From positions 1 through 39,247 of the IMG/VR virus record IMGVR_UViG_3300031565_000136: DNA of 39,247 nt, one strand, 5' to 3'. The position numbers and the translations under genes are program-made. How positions within the stretch are numbered: the first letter of the stretch is position 1; every line of letters starts with the position of its first letter. This DNA comes from a virus. Its lineage: Duplodnaviria; Caudoviricetes. Of the stretch, positions 34,878 to 39,247 are shown piece after piece. The notes under the pieces were generated by a model that was given only the letters and a program-made list of their open reading frames with translations, searched no databases and was not told where the DNA came from.

Positions 34878-35430
34878 CCATGTGTGGTTCACCGACCAGG
34901 ACGCGGCGTACACGCCGGACACGCTGGAGCGCCTGCTGGCCTGGGACGTGCCTATCGTCGGGGTGCTATGCATGATCCGCGCCTCGACATGGTGCATGCC
35001 GATGGCCTTCAAAGGCGAGAAGGAAGACGAGCCGGGGAAGTACCTCGTCCTGGTGGACGAGCCATATAACTACTTGCGCGAGCATGCCAACGTCGAGACG
35101 AACGACCCGCAGGCCATCAGCCCGATACCGGAGGGCAGCCTGTGGGACGTGGACATCACCGGGTGCCACTGCCTACTCATCAAGCGGGAAGTGCTTGAGG
35201 CGCTGGAGCCGCCGTGGTTTAGCGGCCTGCCGGGCCAGGAGGATATGTACTTTTGCCGCAAGGCGTCGGCGGCGGGCTTCCCGATTTACGTGGATTTCAG
35301 CACCATCGCCGGCCACGCCACAGGCGAGCGCATCATCGGCGTGTACGACTTTATGGCACACTACATTTTCCAGTCCTTGCTGGAGGGAATAGATGTCGGA
35401 ATCGCAAACCGAACCACAGAAGATGCGTAA
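34663..35430 (+). CDS. glycosyltransferase (GT-A/GT2-like)
   Basis: IALCIPT, ART.LV, HVWFTDQD (DxD), VDITGCHCLLIKREVL, EDMYFC, GFPIYVD...GH. Confidence 0.85.
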   Translation: MALTEQRVSIALCIPTMGPPTWSLFDSFGLWQSYHYATHPDVPVTVIRPPRSLPVDVARTYLVQRALEGDCSHVWFTDQDAAYTPDTLERLLAWDVPIVGVLCMIRASTWCMPMAFKGEKEDEPGKYLVLVDEPYNYLREHANVETNDPQAISPIPEGSLWDVDITGCHCLLIKREVLEALEPPWFSGLPGQEDMYFCRKASAAGFPIYVDFSTIAGHATGERIIGVYDFMAHYIFQSLLEGIDVGIANRTTEDA

Positions 35431-35650
35431 GAGCTGCACCTATCGGATCAACGGCGCCCTGTGCATTCGCGCCTCGGGAGCCTGGATACCGGCGGGCGTC
35501 ATCGCCGACCTATCCGACTGCGAGGACGCGTTCATCACCTGGGCGCTCAAGGGCGGGTTGATCGAGACGGCGGACCCCACGGATGAGGAGCCGCTGTTCA
35601 ATCAAGCTGTGGGCGCGGTCAAACGCAAACCGTGCCCGTGTGGGAACTGA
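35393..35650 (+). CDS. small hypothetical virion-region protein
   Basis: GGAGG RBS; ORF track. Confidence 0.6.
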   Translation: MSESQTEPQKMRKSCTYRINGALCIRASGAWIPAGVIADLSDCEDAFITWALKGGLIETADPTDEEPLFNQAVGAVKRKPCPCGN

Positions 35651-36433
35651 TCACCAATCGTCCGCAATAGTCTTCTTGCGGGGCAAGTATACGGAGCAGT
35701 TTTGATAAAGACATCGGGCAACATTGCGAGAGGTTCTGGTGTCACACCACAGACGGAATATACCAGGCCCGCGCCCTATAGAGACAGCCGCACTGGGCCT
35801 AAGGGCAAGGACAAAAGAGCGGAATTGCATGAGCAGGGGCTCTGTTCCGCAAAGCCTCAGGGAGGGATATTTTCCCTTGGCCATGAACAGACATCCGTCT
35901 CCGTCTACGAGGCCTCGCCAGAAGTGGCGATTAGCGTCCAGTTGGCGCACATATCCGGATGCGGATTTACTAGCGGTTATTCCAAACTGTGAAAGCGCGG
36001 AGACAAGATGCTTGGAGCGAACCTGATAGCGAGCCTTCGGCTTGGTACTGAATGAATCAGTTCTAGAACAGCTCGTTATCTTATGGCCCGACTTGAGGAA
36101 TACACGGAATCGTTCAAGGTGTGCTTGGTCTTCCGACGAAAGTTCCACAGAAATGCATGGAGAATGGCCATCTTGATAGCTAATGCAACCATCGGCCATA
36201 AGAAATCCGGCCCAGTAAGCGGACTCTTCAGTGATGTTGTCAAAGACTGACTCATCGAGCGGCATTGTGCGAGCTGGTCCCTGCGGACGCCTGGGAATAT
36301 CGCGGCGTTTGAGCAGGCCCAATATGGCCTTGTGCGTAACACCATAACGGGCAGCCAAAATGCCGGATGAATCACCTTGGCGGTATTCGGAAATCATCTG
36401 TTGTACCTGTTCGCGTGTAAGATGCTTGGCCAT
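35651..36433 (-). CDS. free-standing LAGLIDADG homing endonuclease with N-terminal HTH
   Basis: AYWAGFLMADGCI and HFWRGLVDGDGCL motifs; SSGILAARYGVTHKAI HTH; GGGAG RBS; visibly lower GC. Confidence 0.9.
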   Translation of the reverse strand: MAKHLTREQVQQMISEYRQGDSSGILAARYGVTHKAILGLLKRRDIPRRPQGPARTMPLDESVFDNITEESAYWAGFLMADGCISYQDGHSPCISVELSSEDQAHLERFRVFLKSGHKITSCSRTDSFSTKPKARYQVRSKHLVSALSQFGITASKSASGYVRQLDANRHFWRGLVDGDGCLFMAKGKYPSLRLCGTEPLLMQFRSFVLALRPSAAVSIGRGPGIFRLWCDTRTSRNVARCLYQNCSVYLPRKKTIADDW

Positions 36434-36465
36434 GTGTGTTCTCCCTATGCTCTACCAATAGGGAC

Positions 36466-36494
36466 ATTATAAGCCAAAGTAGGTGTGTTGTCAA
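36466..36494 (-). promoter_or_regulatory. consensus sigma70 promoter driving LAGLIDADG gene
   Basis: Minus strand TTGACA (36494-36489), 17 bp, TATAAT (36471-36466). Confidence 0.9.
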
Positions 36495-36520
36495 CTTGAG
36501 TTGACAAAGGAGTAAGCGAA

Positions 36521-36997
36521 GTGGCTCTACCGACCGGAATTTTGTCAAGCTGCACGATGTGTGTGGAACTCAGCACAGATGGCACGACCTGGACGGACTT
36601 CAGCGACTACCTGACCGTCCTCGAGCCGACGCCCGTCACCCGCGATAGTGGGCAGACGGCAGTGTTCGGCGAGGAAGACATGGCGATGGGCGTCGGGCGG
36701 AAGAACCCCATCGAGGTCACGATCCGGGGCGTCTACGTGGACGCGACGGCGACCACCAACCCGTTTCGCTATGTGTGGGCGCAGTGGACGACTGTCTGCG
36801 GCGGCGCGCTGGCGGTACGTTGGGCGCCTGCCGGGTGTACTACGACCAATCAGGTGTTCAGCACGGCGACGGCGACGGGTCACTACTCACGGCTGATCAG
36901 CCAGACGCCGCCGGCCAGTAACGCCGACACCGTGGACCCGATCATGTGGGAGGCGATCGTCAAGTCGCCCAGCCTGTATCTCGCCACATACGCATAG
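36521..36997 (+). CDS. major tail (tube) protein
   Basis: AAAGGAG RBS + GTG; position before chaperones/TMP; Thr-rich beta pattern, VRWAPAG. Confidence 0.75.
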   Translation: MALPTGILSSCTMCVELSTDGTTWTDFSDYLTVLEPTPVTRDSGQTAVFGEEDMAMGVGRKNPIEVTIRGVYVDATATTNPFRYVWAQWTTVCGGALAVRWAPAGCTTTNQVFSTATATGHYSRLISQTPPASNADTVDPIMWEAIVKSPSLYLATYA

Positions 36998-37006
36998 GAG
37001 GACGCG

Positions 37007-37306
37007 ATGCGAAGGAACCAGTTTACCGTAGACGCTGAGTCCGTTCAGGGGAACGCCGGGGCCGAGGTCACGTTCAAGGCGCTGAAGGTGCGGGAGGTCG
37101 GAGAATACCGCAGCACCGGGATGACTGATCGCGACCTACTGCATGAGCACCTCTTGTCGTGGAAGGGCATCGTGGATGACGAGGGTCACGCCTTGCCATC
37201 CCCGGCGGATGAGCCGGAGATCCTGGGCGAGTTGTACATCCACGAGCAGCAGGAGCTCGCGCGGTTGCTCTTTCAGGGGCCGGACGGCGAGAACGCAAAA
37301 AACTGA
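37007..37306 (+). CDS. tail assembly chaperone (gpG-like)
   Basis: Between tube and TMP; LLSWKGIVDDEG..LP.P; ends in slippery A AAA AAC TGA. Confidence 0.8.
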   Translation: MRRNQFTVDAESVQGNAGAEVTFKALKVREVGEYRSTGMTDRDLLHEHLLSWKGIVDDEGHALPSPADEPEILGELYIHEQQELARLLFQGPDGENAKN

Positions 37307-37530
37307 CCCAGCGCCTCGTTGAGTATCTCTGGCTCCACGGGGGCGTGTACCCTGACCGGATCGTGGACGATGTGCAAACGCTGCGCGATTGTGAGCGTTA
37401 TGGCTGTCTCCCGTCGCAACTGGACGAGGAAGACTGGCATGTGATCGCGCGCCACAGGGCCATCGCGGCGGCGGAGGCCAAGTACCTGCGGGCCGAGAGC
37501 GAGTCGCGGGCGCGGAGAGGACGGCGCTAG
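37297..37530 (+). CDS. -1 frameshift extension of tail chaperone (gpGT-like)
   Basis: A AAA AAC at 37297-37303; -1 frame open (KLTQRLVEYLW...CERYGCLPSQLDEED) to TAG 37530. Confidence 0.8.
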   Translation, partial: KKLTQRLVEYLWLHGGVYPDRIVDDVQTLRDCERYGCLPSQLDEEDWHVIARHRAIAAAEAKYLRAESESRARRGRR

Positions 37531-39247
37531 TGCCATCATCTGAATACAACGTCAACATCACCATCACGACAAAAGACAAGACAAGCGCGGCGGCGAAGAC
37601 GGCCACGAGTAGCTTGGGCCAGTTGAAGCAGGGCATCCGTATGGTTGCCGCTGCCTGGGCGGCGCTGCGCACAGCACAGAAGCTCATCGACTTTGTCAAG
37701 CTGGGCGGTCAAGTAGCGCGCGCGGGACAGGCATTCGAGTCGCTTGCCAAGAGCGCGGGCACGTCCGGCGACGCAATCCTCAAGTCGATCCAAGTTGCCA
37801 GCAACTATACCATCGACAACATGATGGCGATGAGTGCCGCGAACAAGGCGCTGATCATGGAGGTGGCACAGACGCCCGCGCAATTCGAGGAATTGGCAAC
37901 AGTTGCCGTGCGCCTGGGGCGTGCTATGGGCCTGGATGCAGCGACCGCCATCGACCGTTTCACGGTGGCGGCTGCACGCAAGTCGATCAAGGTCGCGGAC
38001 GATCTGGGCCTGACCATCGATGCATCCATAGCGAATGAGAAGTATGCCAAGGCGAACGATCTGGTTGCGGAAAGCCTGACCGGAGCGCAGCAAGCTCAGG
38101 CATTCCTCAACGAGATGCTGGAGCAGGGCAAGGACAAAGTTGAGAAGCTGGGGCCGCCCGTGCTTGGCGCTGCGGAAAAGATTGACATCCTCACGTCGGC
38201 CTGGAAGAATCTGCGCGATCAAGTGGCCCTGGCGGTAGCCGAAGGCACACTCGATCCCGTCGGTGGAATTGAGGGAATGGGCCGCTGGGCAGCGGAGGCC
38301 ACGGAACGCTTTGAGAAAGCGCAGAGGGCGACATACGCACAACCGCAGGCTGGTCTCTTTGGTATGCCCGCCGTCTCCATCCTGGATCAATATGCGGCAG
38401 CACAAAACTCGGTAGAGGCGGCGACGCAGCGGGCGACTGCGGCGGCGGAGCGGCAGAATGCAGCGGTGACGATCACCGTTGACACTACATGGAGGCATAT
38501 CGCCACTGAGGAAGAACTAGCCGCCGCGCAAAAGCTGGTGGACGAGAATCAGCGCAGATCCAACGAGACATTTGAGCAGCGGATATGGCTCTTACAGCGC
38601 GAGGGACAACAGGCAAGGGACGCGACGGTGGCTGCCCGGGAACATGCGCAGGCGCTACAGGCCGAGATGGCGGCGGCTTACAATGCCAGCATTGCCATGA
38701 TGGATCTGGCGGCGTCCTATAGCTCCTATCTCGGCCAAGTCGCCATGTCAAGTGTCGACTATGCCGGCAGCATGGCCGAGATCGAGGCACAGTACCAGAA
38801 GACGATAGAGGGCATCACGTCTGGCGGTGGTGGCGGTGCCGGTGGCGGTGCAGCAGCGGCGGCGCGCGAGTTCGACAAGGCCGACATCGAACGCGGGCTG
38901 AACATCCAGAAGCTACAGCTTGAGGAGTACGAGAAGCAGCGCGGCGAGTTCGGCAAGGTGGCGGAGGAAACCGAGCCGGTCTTTTGGTATGAGCTGTCCC
39001 GCCAGGATCGCAAGTGGCTGATGGAGTCGGGTAAGTCCTTGGACGACCTGGCCCTCAAACGGGAGAAAACCACCGACGAGGCGACCGAACTCGAAAAGGC
39101 ACAGATGGATGACCGGATCGAGGATCTGAAGGGCGAGATCGCCGAGACGGAGCGCATCCTTAAACAAGGCCATTGGGACCAGAGTCAGCTTCGCATCGGC
39201 GCCTACCAGCGCGACACGACGGCGCTGCTGGAAGAGGCAGCGACGCG
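37530..39247 (+). CDS. tape measure protein (3' truncated by window)
   Basis: GTG start coupled to previous TAG; MPSSEYNVNITITTKDKTS..., Ala-rich helical, DDLGL motif; absent from ORF track, consistent with no stop before window end. Confidence 0.85.
   Translation, partial: MPSSEYNVNITITTKDKTSAAAKTATSSLGQLKQGIRMVAAAWAALRTAQKLIDFVKLGGQVARAGQAFESLAKSAGTSGDAILKSIQVASNYTIDNMMAMSAANKALIMEVAQTPAQFEELATVAVRLGRAMGLDAATAIDRFTVAAARKSIKVADDLGLTIDASIANEKYAKANDLVAESLTGAQQAQAFLNEMLEQGKDKVEKLGPPVLGAAEKIDILTSAWKNLRDQVALAVAEGTLDPVGGIEGMGRWAAEATERFEKAQRATYAQPQAGLFGMPAVSILDQYAAAQNSVEAATQRATAAAERQNAAVTITVDTTWRHIATEEELAAAQKLVDENQRRSNETFEQRIWLLQREGQQARDATVAAREHAQALQAEMAAAYNASIAMMDLAASYSSYLGQVAMSSVDYAGSMAEIEAQYQKTIEGITSGGGGGAGGGAAAAAREFDKADIERGLNIQKLQLEEYEKQRGEFGKVAEETEPVFWYELSRQDRKWLMESGKSLDDLALKREKTTDEATELEKAQMDDRIEDLKGEIAETERILKQGHWDQSQLRIGAYQRDTTALLEEAAT

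Noticed and set aside
35651-36433. Group I intron or intein hosting the LAGLIDADG
   Set aside because: Opposite strand, own promoter and RBS, flanking genes intact, no room for intron core
38823-38865. GGC/GCG low-complexity run
   Set aside because: Gly/Ala linker in tape measure protein
1-39247. tRNA genes, integrase/att sites, reverse transcriptase/DGR, Cas genes
   Set aside because: None recognised by eye; lifestyle (temperate vs lytic) cannot be fixed from this window, and tRNAscan/HMM searches were not run

Overview
A 39 kb slice of a GC-rich, tailed (siphovirus-like, HK97-fold) phage or prophage, almost entirely on the + strand. Order: ParB-like / ParB-DNA-methyltransferase / nuclease-like cassette (0.3-2.9 kb); early operon from a consensus sigma70 promoter with many small ORFs, an HNH protein and ERF recombinase (3-9 kb); a second promoter with a highly structured leader, then Zn-finger HNH, primase, HTH initiator with internal iterons and DnaB-like helicase (9-13 kb); accessory genes (DUF5131, VRR-NUC, radical SAM); a probable late promoter, holin-like genes, phosphoesterase, terminases, portal, gpF-like protein, protease/scaffold and capsid; a block of beta-helix/lectin/pectate-lyase genes; head-tail connector, methyltransferase + glycosyltransferase, an antisense LAGLIDADG gene, tail tube, frameshifted chaperones and a truncated tape measure. 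Best leads: a P1-c4/P4-CI-like switch RNA ahead of the replication operon, a candidate -1 frameshift fusing a LamG-like protein to a pectate lyase, palindromes written into ParB-HTH coding linkers, and RBS-containing direct repeats flanking accessory genes. All product calls come from motif recognition by eye, with no database searches. No integrase, repressor, tRNA, CRISPR array or endolysin was recognised.
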